Shown: one piece after another, positions 9,901-19,093 of the stretch
How the letters are laid out: each line of letters begins with the position of its first letter
How positions within the stretch are numbered: the stretch's first letter is position 1
Source of the DNA: Verrucomicrobiota bacterium
GTDB taxonomy: Bacteria > Verrucomicrobiota > Verrucomicrobiia > Opitutales > Opitutaceae
Assembly (NCBI GenBank): GCA_025352985.1
Contig: JANXRL010000157.1
Location: 1-58,724, forward strand
DNA length: 58,724 bases
Direction: 5' to 3'
The notes under the pieces: model-generated
Database searches by the model: none
Seen by the model: only the letters and a program-made list of their open reading frames with translations
What the model was told of the DNA's origin: nothing
Program-made: the position numbers and the translations under genes

Positions 9901-11630
9901 CCGGTTCCTTCGTCCCCACCGGCAACGCCCTCGTCTTCGGCTCCACCAGCTCGAACAACACCACGACCTTCACCAACGCCATCGATCTCGCCGGCGCGGA
10001 CCGCACAATCCGGGTGATCAACGGCACGGCCGGCACCACGGTGGCAGAAGGCGTTCTCTCCGGCGTCATCAGCAGCGTCACCGGCACGGGCAGCATCACG
10101 GTCACCGGCAACGGCCGGCTCGACGCTACCGCTGCCAACACCTTCACCGGCACCGTCACCGTGAAGGGCGCCGAGCTCCGCCTCCAAAGCGGCGGCACGA
10201 TGGCCTTAGTCACCGGCATCACGGTGAATAATGGCGGCACGTTTACGTTGGATAACAGCGGCACTAACAACGCAACCCGCGTCCAAGATTCCGCGACGGT
10301 GGCCCTGAGCGGCGGCTCGCTCGTCTATACTGGCAATTCAAGTGCCGCCTCATTGGAAACCATGGGCGCGCTGACCCTGTCCTCTGGTGCCAATGTGGTC
10401 ACTAACAGCAACGGCGCCACAAACCGCAGCAGCGTCCTCACCTTTGCCTCCCTCACTCGCAATGCCGGCGCCACGATCGACTTCACCAACAACACCTCCA
10501 ACGGCACCCTCGGTAACACCGGCAACAATCCCCGCACGGTTTTCACCAGCATTCCGACGATGGCCAACGGCATCCTCGCCTACGCCACCGTCAACGGCAC
10601 CTCCTTTGCGGGCTACGGCACCGTCGACTCCACCACCCCCGACGGCATCTACGCCGTGACCAGCACCAACACCGCCCAGACCAGTTGGACCTCCTCGATC
10701 AACGCCGGCAACACGAGCGACGTCACCGTGACCGCCAGCCGCACCGTCAATTCCCTCAAGCTCGGCTCCGGTATCGACGTGGTTCAGGCAGGCTTCGCCC
10801 TCACCGTGGCTTCCGGCGGCATTCTCACCACCGGCGGCACTGCCGCCACCATCTCAGGCGGCTCCCTCACCACCGGTAACAGCAACGAACTCATCGTCCA
10901 CGCCTACAACACCGGCGGCACCAACATCAGCTCAACCCTCACCGGCACCGGCGGCCTCACCAAGTCCGGCACCGGCGCCCTCACCCTCTCCGGCACCACC
11001 GCCAACACCCTCACCGGCACCACTTACGTCAACGACGGCAGCCTCATCCTCGCGAAAAGCGACAGCGTCACCGCCATCGCCGGCAACATCACCGTCGGCG
11101 ACGGCCGCGGCACCGACATCCTCCAGATCAACGCCAACGAACAGATCGCCAACACCGCCAACGTCACCCTCAACGGCAACACCGACGGCGGCACCGGCGA
11201 AACCAAGCTCGTCCTCAACGGCAGCACCACCGCCGGCATCACCGAAACCTTCGCCAGCCTCTCCATCACCGGCACCGCCGTCATCGACTTCGCCGGCGGC
11301 GACGTCTGCTCCCCCAATTACCTTTACCTCAGCGCCCTCAATATCCCCTCCGACGGCAAGCTCCTCATCCGAAACTGGAACGAATTCACCGACTTTCTGC
11401 TCATCGACAGCTCAAACTCCGATGCCACCCTGAGTGGACTGCTCCCCCGCATCGAGTTCGAAGGCTACGCGGATAAAAGCTACTCGACCACCTACGGCAC
11501 CGGCTGGAAACAGATCCGCCCCGTGCCCGAGCCCTCCACCTACGGCCTCATCATGATGAGCAGCGGTCTCGCCTTCTACGGCGTTCGCCGCTGGCGCCAG
11601 TCCAAGACTCCGGCCAAGGCCAAAGTTTAA
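6972..11630 (+). CDS. Large PEP-CTERM surface protein with autotransporter-associated beta-strand repeats
   Basis: Signal peptide; repeats LTKxGxGxLTLxxxNxYSGxTxIxxGxL; C-terminal VPEPSTYG, TM helix and basic tail; GTG start. Confidence 0.93.
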   Translation: MKLRVILSLATFILGCVYASAQVQNISAWTLQTSDAADQTVGGITYQNNYATPLTITTAVGTYDAGTAGAGADDVFIRRNTATPTGTTNVAGQAVSILSSASGGTTVYGTYNATMKDLLLGGNVLNSTWDTFANTSSGAGGVGHNIERIDFVWSTGYTVVGDEVLIVFNFDPVGGQDDFRVAVFTGIDNSANKLPTAYANTGVLVTGTSYPDKLPLPLSGNPITSTSTGFRTTATDNLSGTALSIGDSQTVGIGGVAISLTSLGITAGQTIFGYSLLSADTAVSTAASLIDFTNSSIYPTSTPNADASGTADFSTFGGKIATIQTTSIGSAAYEWSGNAGTTKWGSTAGGESNTNWYSPIAAETNRTPFKNADVIFGGLPSTNQLVDLDNNVAVRSMTFDGRANYTIGTAADTPTITLGDPNLAGSPSVNVTKVNGDYKQYAINANINVAEDLAINNNSHSSLCFDGTITTNSTVFPSGSDITVTGTGSVNFDGAISGSGNLTVNTSAIATLNANNSTSVWIGNVDVQAGQLVITADGALGGSVSRTNDLARTTGNTSLQVANANAADLKVGQLVTGTGIPAGTYITGISAGVSETTITLSNALTGAVTNTASITFAGATTVENGASLTIRPSSTGTPLSYTATQTITLNGNGVWNGPTTAGALYNDGGNNTLGSAVSIRLGSDSSIGSRDGNLTINGVISGAYSLTKLGEGVVTLANSANSYSGSTIISNGALRITAETALPGGFATSAPSGGNLQLAGGVLEIGTATSFTRALGTSADQVQWTGDGGFSAYGGARNVTLAGGDVTWGSGSFVPTGNALVLGSAYADNTVTFYNNIALGSVTREVRVIDGTSNTTGAVDGVLSGIISGSGGLNKTGNGTLELTNTGNTYSGNTIISGGALRITSEAALPGGFATGSPPGGNLQLAGGVLEINTATSFTRALGTSADQVQWTGDGGFSAYGGPRNVTLAGGGVTWGSGSFVPTGNALVFGSTSSNNTTTFTNAIDLAGADRTIRVINGTAGTTVAEGVLSGVISSVTGTGSITVTGNGRLDATAANTFTGTVTVKGAELRLQSGGTMALVTGITVNNGGTFTLDNSGTNNATRVQDSATVALSGGSLVYTGNSSAASLETMGALTLSSGANVVTNSNGATNRSSVLTFASLTRNAGATIDFTNNTSNGTLGNTGNNPRTVFTSIPTMANGILAYATVNGTSFAGYGTVDSTTPDGIYAVTSTNTAQTSWTSSINAGNTSDVTVTASRTVNSLKLGSGIDVVQAGFALTVASGGILTTGGTAATISGGSLTTGNSNELIVHAYNTGGTNISSTLTGTGGLTKSGTGALTLSGTTANTLTGTTYVNDGSLILAKSDSVTAIAGNITVGDGRGTDILQINANEQIANTANVTLNGNTDGGTGETKLVLNGSTTAGITETFASLSITGTAVIDFAGGDVCSPNYLYLSALNIPSDGKLLIRNWNEFTDFLLIDSSNSDATLSGLLPRIEFEGYADKSYSTTYGTGWKQIRPVPEPSTYGLIMMSSGLAFYGVRRWRQSKTPAKAKV
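9276..9934 (+). repeat. Internal direct repeat with 501-nt period
   Basis: 9276-9433 and 9777-9934 differ at 3 of 158 nt. Confidence 0.9.
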
Positions 11631-11735
11631 GACCGTCCGCCCAATCCGCCTTCACTTACCGCGCCGTGACGGGGAGTGCAGGTTGCCACGTTCACGCGGC
11701 CGACGCGGGATTCGATAAAACGATCACTAACGTCC

Positions 11736-13550
11736 TCAGCCGTTTTTGACGGCTTCCAGCTCCTCCCAGCGGGCGAAAGCAGTGGCGTGCTCCGCCTCGA
11801 TTTCGTCGAGACGCTTCTTGGCCGCCGTCGCGCCCGCCGGATCTTTCCGGTAGATGCTCACCTCACCCAGCTTCGCCGTCAGTGCGGCCTGCTCGCCTTC
11901 TAGTTTCTCGATCTGCGCGGGCAGTTCGGCCAGTTCGCGCTGCTCCTTGTTGGAAAGTTTGCGCACGGCTTTGGGGACCACGCCGGATTTGGAAACGAGC
12001 ACGCCGGCCTTGGGCGCGGCGACGACTTTGGCCGCTGCCGCCGCGATCTTGGCTTTTTCGCTCACCCAGTCGGCGTAGCCGCCCACGTAGTCTCCGATGA
12101 TGCCGTTGCCTTCGAACACGAAGGTGCTCGTCACGACATTGTCCAGGAAGTCGCGATCGTGGCTGACGATGAGCAGCGTGCCCTGATACTCGACCAGCAG
12201 GTCTTCCAAAAGGTCGAGCGTCTCGGCGTCGAGGTCGTTGGTCGGCTCGTCCATCACCAGGACATTGGCCGGTTTCGTGAAAAGACGCGCGAGGAGCAGG
12301 CGGTTGCGCTCGCCGCCCGAGAGCACGCGGGCCGGCGTGCGGGCGCGGTCGGGCGTGAAGAGAAAATCCTGAAGGTAGCCGATGACGTGGCGAGAGCGGC
12401 CATTGACGGTGACAGTGGTGTTTCCGTCGGCGATGTTGTCGGCCACGGTTTTGTTATCGTCGATCTGGTCGCGGAGCTGGTCGAAGTAGACGACCTCGAG
12501 TTTGGTCCCGAGCTTGAGCGTGCCGCCGGTTGGCTTGAGCTGACCGAGGAGTAGCTTGATGAGCGTGGTCTTGCCCGCGCCGTTCGGCCCGATGATACCG
12601 ATCTTGTCGCCACGCGTGATAACGGTGGAAAAATCATGCAGCAGCACGCGTCCGTCGGGATAGGAGAAGGATACGTTTTCGGCGTCGAGCACCTTAACGC
12701 CGGTCTTCTCGGCCTCGGCGAGGCGCATGTTCACGTTGCCCGTGCGGTCACGGCGGGCGCGGCGTTCTTCGCGCATGGCTTCGAGCGCGTGGATGCGGCC
12801 GACGGCGCGGGAGCGCTGGGCCTTCACGCCTTTGCGAATCCACACTTCTTCCTGGGCGAGTTTCTTGTCGAAGAGCTCTTGGTTTCGCTCCTCGGCGGCG
12901 ACGACCTCTTCTTTACGGACGAGGTAGGTGTCGTAGTCGCAGGCCCAGCTCGCGAGGCGGCCGCGGTCGAGTTCGACGATGCGGGTGGCCAGCTTGCGCA
13001 GAAAGGCGCGGTCGTGGGTCACGAAGAAGAGCGTGATTTTTTCGCTCAACAGGAAGTCTTCGAGCCAGAGGATGGATTCGAGGTCGAGATGGTTGGTCGG
13101 CTCGTCGAGGAGGAGCAGGTCGGGCTGGCCGGCGAGGGCGCGGGCAAGAAGCGCGCGGCGCTTCAGTCCGCCAGAGAGCGCGGTGAAATCGGCCTGTGGC
13201 GGAAGATTCAGTTTCTCGATGAGGGTGTCGACGCGCAGGTCGCGCTCCCAGTCTTCCTCATGGTCGCCTTGAGGACGGAGTCCGGAGGTGATGATCTCGG
13301 TGACTGAGCCGGTGAGATCAGTGGGGATTTCCTGCACAAGCCGCGTGAAAACCGCGCCGGGCTGGCGAAAAACGGCGCCGGTATCGGGCTTCATCTCGCC
13401 GGCGATGATCTTCATGAGGGTGGACTTGCCCGCGCCGTTGCGGCCGACCAGACAGAGCCGTTCGCCGGGATCGACCTGGAAATTCACGTTTTCCAAAATC
13501 GCCGGGCCACCGAAGCAGAGATTGACATCAAGGAGACTGAACAGAGCCAT
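11736..13550 (-). CDS. uup: ABC-F family ATPase, Uup-like
   Basis: Two NBDs (GRNGAGKST, GPNGAGKTT, LSGG, DEPTN), no TM domain, C-terminal KLSNKEQREL coiled coil. Confidence 0.92.
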   Translation of the reverse strand: MALFSLLDVNLCFGGPAILENVNFQVDPGERLCLVGRNGAGKSTLMKIIAGEMKPDTGAVFRQPGAVFTRLVQEIPTDLTGSVTEIITSGLRPQGDHEEDWERDLRVDTLIEKLNLPPQADFTALSGGLKRRALLARALAGQPDLLLLDEPTNHLDLESILWLEDFLLSEKITLFFVTHDRAFLRKLATRIVELDRGRLASWACDYDTYLVRKEEVVAAEERNQELFDKKLAQEEVWIRKGVKAQRSRAVGRIHALEAMREERRARRDRTGNVNMRLAEAEKTGVKVLDAENVSFSYPDGRVLLHDFSTVITRGDKIGIIGPNGAGKTTLIKLLLGQLKPTGGTLKLGTKLEVVYFDQLRDQIDDNKTVADNIADGNTTVTVNGRSRHVIGYLQDFLFTPDRARTPARVLSGGERNRLLLARLFTKPANVLVMDEPTNDLDAETLDLLEDLLVEYQGTLLIVSHDRDFLDNVVTSTFVFEGNGIIGDYVGGYADWVSEKAKIAAAAAKVVAAPKAGVLVSKSGVVPKAVRKLSNKEQRELAELPAQIEKLEGEQAALTAKLGEVSIYRKDPAGATAAKKRLDEIEAEHATAFARWEELEAVKNG

Positions 13551-13620
13551 AAGCGCCTCAACGTGGGCGGCGGGCAGCTTGCATGCAACTCCCGTGTCTT
13601 CCAAGTTTCCTGCTCCTGCC

Positions 13621-14742
13621 ATGCGCCTGCCCATCATCCTTTCGTTTTTCCTGATGACCACCGCGATCTCCTCCGCCCGCGAATTGCTCGTTTACATCGG
13701 CACCTACACCAAGACCACCAGCAAGGGCATCTACGTGGGCCGCCTTGATCTCGAAACGGGCCGGCTCGGCGAACTCACCCTCGCAGGCGAGTCGGTCAAC
13801 CCGTCGTTCCTCGCCCTTTCGCCCGATCGCCGCCACCTTTACGCCGTCTCGGAAAGCGCCGGTTCCCTCTACGCGGGCAAGCCCAGCGGCACGGTCAAGG
13901 CCTTCGCTATTGATGCGACGACCGGCCTCCTCTCACCCGTCAACCAGGCCACATCCGGCGGCAAAGGCCCCTGCCACCTGACGGTTTCCCCCGACGGCAA
14001 TTCGGTGTTCGTCGCCAATTACGGCGGCACCGTGGCGCTGCTTCCGGTTCTGCCCGACGGCGGCGTGGGCGAACCGACGGGCGTGATCCAGCACGAGGGC
14101 CACAGCGTCCACCCGACACGCCAGAAACAGCCCTACGCCCACTCGATCAACCTTTCGCCGGACGGTCGTTTCGCCTACGCCGCCAATCTCGGCACCGACA
14201 CGCTCTACACCTGCCGCGTGGATTCTGCGGCAGGCACCCTTACTCCCGCAGGTGAAACAAACCTCGCCCCGGGCAGCGGCCCGCGCCACCTCGCGCTACA
14301 TCCCGATGACAGGCACGCCTACCTCATCAACGAACTCGCAAACAACATCACGGTTCTCGCACGCGACTCCTCCACGGGCGCGATGACCGTGTTGCAAACC
14401 GTGACGACGCTGCCCGCCAGCTTCACCGGCAACAACACGACGGCCGAGGTCGCAGTGCATCCCTCGGGCCGTTTTGTTTACGGCTCCAACCGGGGCCACG
14501 ACAGCATCGCTGTCTTCGCGGTTGACCCCGCCACCGGCAAGCTCACGCCCACCGAAGACGTTTCCACAAAGGGCAAGACCCCGCGCAACTTCGCAGTCGA
14601 TCCGACCGGTCACTGGCTGATCGCCGCCAACCAAGACAGCGACAACCTCGTGATCTTCTCCATCGACCAGAACACGGGCCGACTTACGCCCACCGGCCAG
14701 AGCGTAACGGTGGGAATGCCCGTTTGCGTGCGTTTTCTGTAA
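13621..14742 (+). CDS. pgl: Lactonase family (6-phosphogluconolactonase) beta-propeller with signal peptide
   Basis: YIGTYT, GSGPRH, SNRGHDSI, GKTPRNF and ANQDSD motifs. Confidence 0.88.
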   Translation: MRLPIILSFFLMTTAISSARELLVYIGTYTKTTSKGIYVGRLDLETGRLGELTLAGESVNPSFLALSPDRRHLYAVSESAGSLYAGKPSGTVKAFAIDATTGLLSPVNQATSGGKGPCHLTVSPDGNSVFVANYGGTVALLPVLPDGGVGEPTGVIQHEGHSVHPTRQKQPYAHSINLSPDGRFAYAANLGTDTLYTCRVDSAAGTLTPAGETNLAPGSGPRHLALHPDDRHAYLINELANNITVLARDSSTGAMTVLQTVTTLPASFTGNNTTAEVAVHPSGRFVYGSNRGHDSIAVFAVDPATGKLTPTEDVSTKGKTPRNFAVDPTGHWLIAANQDSDNLVIFSIDQNTGRLTPTGQSVTVGMPVCVRFL

Positions 14743-14796
14743 GCCCGCAGCCGGTAATCAGCCCGTCGGACGAGCCCAGATTACGGCAAAATAAAG

Positions 14797-14894
<98 letters not shown>

Positions 14895-14959
14895 ACGCGG
14901 AGAGTGGGCCGCACGAAGGACGATTCAACGAGAATCTTTGCACCACCCGGCGAACGCGT

Positions 14960-15412
14960 TCAGGTCTTTGCGTAGGCCCATGTTTTAAGTTCTTCAAGGT
15001 ATTCAGCCGGAAACAGGTTTTCCACGGAACCCTTGATGATGGCGCTCCTGTAACCCTCCGCACTTCGACCGGGAGGTCCATCAACTGCGCTGACATACAT
15101 CATGGCTTCGATGCGAGGGCCAGCCGGCGAAATGATCCGTTTCGTGGTGCGCTCGCTGCCGCCTTCGGGCGCGCCAGCAAATTTATCCAGCGAGGACAAT
15201 TCATCGGCTGGCACGAGCCATAAGACACCCCAGACGGTGGTATCTTTCTCCACGCGCACGCTGGCAACACCCCGCGCGTCGATCACAAAACGATGGCCTT
15301 CAAGCCTGGCCAGGCCCAGCCAGTCCGCACTAGGGCAGCGACGCACGAAATCCTCGCGTGATATATCCGCGCCGTAGGCAAAATAGAGAAGTTGTCCGGA
15401 GAGGCCGCCCAT
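14960..15412 (-). CDS. Gamma-glutamylcyclotransferase family protein
   Basis: LYFAYG and VWGVLW motifs. The usual LDxxEG appears as LDKFAG, so catalytic activity is uncertain. Confidence 0.75.
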   Translation of the reverse strand: MGGLSGQLLYFAYGADISREDFVRRCPSADWLGLARLEGHRFVIDARGVASVRVEKDTTVWGVLWLVPADELSSLDKFAGAPEGGSERTTKRIISPAGPRIEAMMYVSAVDGPPGRSAEGYRSAIIKGSVENLFPAEYLEELKTWAYAKT

Positions 15413-15469
15413 TGAAATAAAACGACGCTCAAATCGTCCCAAGCTCAAGCCCTCCCTCTCTCGGCAAAA

Positions 15470-15964
15470 TCAAGGGGTGGGCGCAGCTGGAGGCGTCGAG
15501 GCTTCAGTGGGCGCAGGATGATCCCGCAAAGTGCCGTGCGGCTCTCCATCAACGGCGGAATCGGGAGGTCGGTTGTCCCCGCGCTGCTGCTTGGGTCGTT
15601 CGATGATCCACTGTTTGCGGCGTTCGCGTTCCTTCGTCTGCATTTCATTGTAGCGGGCGCGCTGCGCCTCCGTCAGCTCGTTGGAAATGGATGCCTCCAT
15701 GTGCTCAAGGATCTCCGTGGTCGCCTTGAAGGCTTCCTTGCGGGTTTTCCGCAGGTCTTCGGTCGCCTGTTTCAGAATTGGCCTGATTTTATCACGTTGC
15801 CCGGATGACAAATCGAGCTGTTCGGTGATTTTTTTCAACTGATCGGCCATGATCGGCTTTGGGGCCGCACGATGCATCAGCGGCACTCCCACAAACGTGC
15901 CCGTGACGGCACCTGCGGCAAAAATGCCGGTAAAAGCGAAGATGACTTTCCAGTTGAGTTTCAC
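15470..15964 (-). CDS. Membrane-anchored periplasmic helical protein (Spy/CpxP/ZraP-like)
   Basis: N-terminal TM helix, LDLSSGQRDKIRPIL and LTEAQRARY repeats; third gene of the ECF operon. Confidence 0.7.
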   Translation of the reverse strand: MKLNWKVIFAFTGIFAAGAVTGTFVGVPLMHRAAPKPIMADQLKKITEQLDLSSGQRDKIRPILKQATEDLRKTRKEAFKATTEILEHMEASISNELTEAQRARYNEMQTKERERRKQWIIERPKQQRGDNRPPDSAVDGEPHGTLRDHPAPTEASTPPAAPTP

Positions 15965-15967
15965 GGT

Positions 15968-16270
15968 TCAGGAAAGATTCAGCCATTCGCCGACCGGATC
16001 GTTAAGCGCGGTGTCCGCATCTCGGTCGAGCGAGGAAAGCAGGGGTTTGAAATTGGCCGCGATACTGAGGGCCATCACTAACGCGGCGACCGTCAGGGCG
16101 CGCCAAGAAAGGCGCGCCAACATGGCTTGGAACGAAGCCTCCGCAGAGGCAAACGCAAGCGCCGCCACCCGCGTTGAAAATCCGGCCGGAGCGGCCTCAT
16201 CACGCTTGTCAGCGGGCGCAAGCCGGGCGGCTTTCACGAGGCGGGACCAGAGTGGGTTGGGCGTGTTCAT
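15968..16270 (-). CDS. Putative anti-sigma factor (single TM)
   Basis: APAGFSTRV motif plus TM helix; start overlaps the ECF sigma stop. Confidence 0.65.
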   Translation of the reverse strand: MNTPNPLWSRLVKAARLAPADKRDEAAPAGFSTRVAALAFASAEASFQAMLARLSWRALTVAALVMALSIAANFKPLLSSLDRDADTALNDPVGEWLNLS

Positions 16271-16860
16271 GAGCGTTCCGTTTTCTTCAGATCTATGAAG
16301 AGTTTTTGTAGCTTACGTCGTGCGCGAAAAGCGCGGACTTTGATGAGCGTGATGTTCCAGCCGGTGAGTTCATTCACTTCGGCGAGAGTTTTTTGTTCAA
16401 GGTCGAGAAGTTGGAGCACCATGCGGTCCTCGGGTTTGAGCTGATCGAGCAGCTTGTGCACCAGTTCGTGGGCGGCGAGCGCGTCCCCGGCGGTCACGTC
16501 GTTCTCGCTCGTCAGCACGGCGTCGAGCACGTCGGCTTCGTTTTCCGAAAGGTCGGCCCAGCGGAATTCGGGACGGCGTTTCTGCGCGCGCAGGTGGTCG
16601 ATGCAAGTGGTCACAGCGATGCGCGACACCCAATGGGTGAAGGGCACGTTCCCCTGATACTGGGCGATGCGGGTGAACATTTTCAGAAAAATCTCCTGGG
16701 TGAGGTCTTCCTCGGCGACCCGGCGCGGCAGGCGGGCGCGCACGATGCGGATGACCATGGGGTGAAGATGCTCCACGAGCTGACGCGCAGCCTTCTGGTC
16801 GGAGACCCGAACACGTTCGAGGCAACCAGCCAAGTCGAACGACTCGTCGTCAGAAGACAT
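16267..16860 (-). CDS. ECF RNA polymerase sigma factor
   Basis: Region 2 (EDLTQEIFLKMF, FTHWVSRIA) and region 4 (LIKVRAFRARRKL); ATG at 16860. Confidence 0.92.
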   Translation of the reverse strand: MSSDDESFDLAGCLERVRVSDQKAARQLVEHLHPMVIRIVRARLPRRVAEEDLTQEIFLKMFTRIAQYQGNVPFTHWVSRIAVTTCIDHLRAQKRRPEFRWADLSENEADVLDAVLTSENDVTAGDALAAHELVHKLLDQLKPEDRMVLQLLDLEQKTLAEVNELTGWNITLIKVRAFRARRKLQKLFIDLKKTERS

Positions 16861-16916
16861 GGGGCGATAAAAGAAGCAACATACACAACAGGCAAGACGC
16901 GGTTGCGACAGGAGGG

Positions 16917-17606
16917 TTACAACCCGTTCTCCACCTTGGCCGCTAGCCTGGTCTGCCTCGCCGCCTGGAGTTTTTTGCGCAGCCGGTGCAAGCCGAACGC
17001 CGCTAGCGCAAAAAGCACGCCGGCCGCCGCCAGCGCGCCCTTGTCCCCGCGCATCAGCGCATCGCCCGCCAGGATGGTCCCGGCGATGTAGGCCATCGGC
17101 ACCAACGTGGAAACCACCATGTAAATCCCAAACGGCACCCGCGCCAGACCGAGCAGGTAGCTTTGCAGGAAAAACGGCGTGCCCGGCACGATGCGCACCA
17201 GCAGCGCCGCTTCCCAGCCTGCGCCCGCCGGCATCTCCGGCAGCCGGTAGCCGAGCCACTTCATCAGTCTTTCCATCAGCGGTCGCAACGCCCGCGCCGC
17301 GACCCAGTAGGACAACGCCACGTTCGCCACCGTCGCCAGAATCGCGCACGCCACCACCGCGCCGGCGCCCATGGTCGGCCCGAACACCGGCCCCGCCGCA
17401 AACGTGAAAGGCGAAAGCGGAAACCCAAAGACCGGCAGCACCGCCATCGCCGTGAAAAACGGTCCCGGCCCCGCCTCGCGCAATACCGCGACGCATCGCT
17501 CGATCTGCCCGCCCAAATTCATCTTCCACGCCATCAGCGCGAGGACGGTCGCCAGCACGGACAGAAACAGGATGATCCGCGTGACACGGGTTGAGAATGG
17601 ACGCAT
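16917..17606 (-). CDS. TVP38/TMEM64 (VTT, DedA superfamily) membrane protein
   Basis: Hydrophobic profile; RIVPGTPFFLQSYLLG motif. Confidence 0.85.
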   Translation of the reverse strand: MRPFSTRVTRIILFLSVLATVLALMAWKMNLGGQIERCVAVLREAGPGPFFTAMAVLPVFGFPLSPFTFAAGPVFGPTMGAGAVVACAILATVANVALSYWVAARALRPLMERLMKWLGYRLPEMPAGAGWEAALLVRIVPGTPFFLQSYLLGLARVPFGIYMVVSTLVPMAYIAGTILAGDALMRGDKGALAAAGVLFALAAFGLHRLRKKLQAARQTRLAAKVENGL

Positions 17607-17794
17607 TTTCAAAAAACTACGAAAGCAGGCCGGCGATGTTCTGCAATGCGGCGATTTTCAGCCCTGCGCGGCTCCCCTGCCTTAAGCCTGCGCCTTCACC
17701 CGATTCGATTCCTTCAATGGGGCAAACACCTGCCCCCACGAAGCTTGACCCAACGTCAAATTACTCAGTCCTAGACTTGTTATTTTGAACTACC

Positions 17795-19093
17795 ATGACG
17801 ATTCACGATTATGATGTCCTTGTCATCGGTGGCGGCCCTGCGGGAAGCAACGCCGCGTGGCGCACTCAAAATGCCGGCCTGCGCACGCTCGTGGTGGAAA
17901 AAGAAGCGTTTCCCCGTTTCCGTATAGGCGAATCCCTGCTGCCCCACGGCAACGCCCTCCTCCGCGAAACCGGCGTCTGGCCCAAACTGGAAAACGCCGG
18001 CTTTATCGAAAAATACGGCGCCAGCTTCCTCCTTTCCAACGGCGCGGCCAGCAAGGAGGTCGTTTTCTCCCAGGCCATCGTCCCCGGACTCGACAAAACA
18101 CTCCAAGTTGATCGCGCCCGGTTTGACGCCATCCTCCTCGATCACGCCCGCGAAGCCGGTGCCGAGGTGCGCACCCGCACCTCCGTCCGCTCCCTCAGCA
18201 TCGAAGCCGAAGGCCACCGCGCCACGCTCGAGACGGCGGACGGCACCGTGGACGTTTCCGCACGGTGGATCATAGACGCAAGCGGCCGCGACCATCTTTT
18301 CCCCGTCGAACTCAAGCGCGCCCTAGATCCCTCCGAACAACCCAGGCGCGTGGCGATCTACAACCACTTCCGCGGCGTGAGCCGCGCCCTCGGCAAAGCC
18401 GCCGGCAACACCGTGATCGTGCGCCTGCCCGACGGCTGGTTCTGGATCATCCCCATCGACGCCGAGCGCACCTCCGTGGGCTTCGTCACCACGGCGGCCG
18501 CGATGCGCGCCACCCGCGCGGAACCGGCCGACCTCTTCAACCGGACGGTCGCCGACTCCCCCGCGCTGAGCCAGCTGATGGCAGGCTCCGCCCCCGTCAT
18601 GGATTTCCACGTGACGGGCGACTACAGCTATTTCCGCCAACGGCTGGCCGCCGGTCGCCTCGTGCTCGTCGGCGATGCGGGCGGCTTCTTCGATCCCATT
18701 TTCTCTTCGGGCGTTTATATGGCGGCCTATTCGGCAAAACTCGCCGCCGAGATGGTCGTGCGCGCCCATCGAGGGAAACGCGCCCTCTCTCCCCGCGAAT
18801 GCCGCCGCTATTCGGCCCACGTCAAAGCCCACGCGAGTGTGTTCAAAAAGCTCATCGCCTCGTTCTACGACAACGACAGCTTCGCCGTTTTCATGTGCGC
18901 GCAGCCGCCCTTTACCCTCGGCCCCGCCATCACCGCCATCGTGGCCGGCCACGCCACGCTCACTTGGCCCATCCGCTGGCGCTTCTACGTCTTCCTTCTC
19001 GTCTGCCGGTTGCAGCGCCGTTTCCCGCTGGTGCCGCGCATCGACTTCGCCGGCATGGAGACCGTCGCCCCTCAACCCGTCCCAGCCCGATGA
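17795..19093 (+). CDS. Flavin-dependent halogenase-like oxidoreductase 1
   Basis: GGGPAG, FPRFRIGESLLP, EKYGA (candidate catalytic Lys), GWFWIIP (WxWxIP), GDAGGFFDPIFSSGV. Confidence 0.85.
   Translation: MTIHDYDVLVIGGGPAGSNAAWRTQNAGLRTLVVEKEAFPRFRIGESLLPHGNALLRETGVWPKLENAGFIEKYGASFLLSNGAASKEVVFSQAIVPGLDKTLQVDRARFDAILLDHAREAGAEVRTRTSVRSLSIEAEGHRATLETADGTVDVSARWIIDASGRDHLFPVELKRALDPSEQPRRVAIYNHFRGVSRALGKAAGNTVIVRLPDGWFWIIPIDAERTSVGFVTTAAAMRATRAEPADLFNRTVADSPALSQLMAGSAPVMDFHVTGDYSYFRQRLAAGRLVLVGDAGGFFDPIFSSGVYMAAYSAKLAAEMVVRAHRGKRALSPRECRRYSAHVKAHASVFKKLIASFYDNDSFAVFMCAQPPFTLGPAITAIVAGHATLTWPIRWRFYVFLLVCRLQRRFPLVPRIDFAGMETVAPQPVPAR

Noticed and set aside
16861-17529. Long N-terminal extension of the ECF sigma (420-aa ORF)
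   Set aside because: It is an off-frame reading of the VTT gene; the sigma domain starts at ATG 16860.
17745-17759. TTGAC-N5-GTCAA as an FNR box
   Set aside because: The spacer is 5 nt rather than 4 and the half-sites differ from TTGAT/ATCAA; kept only as an unassigned inverted repeat.
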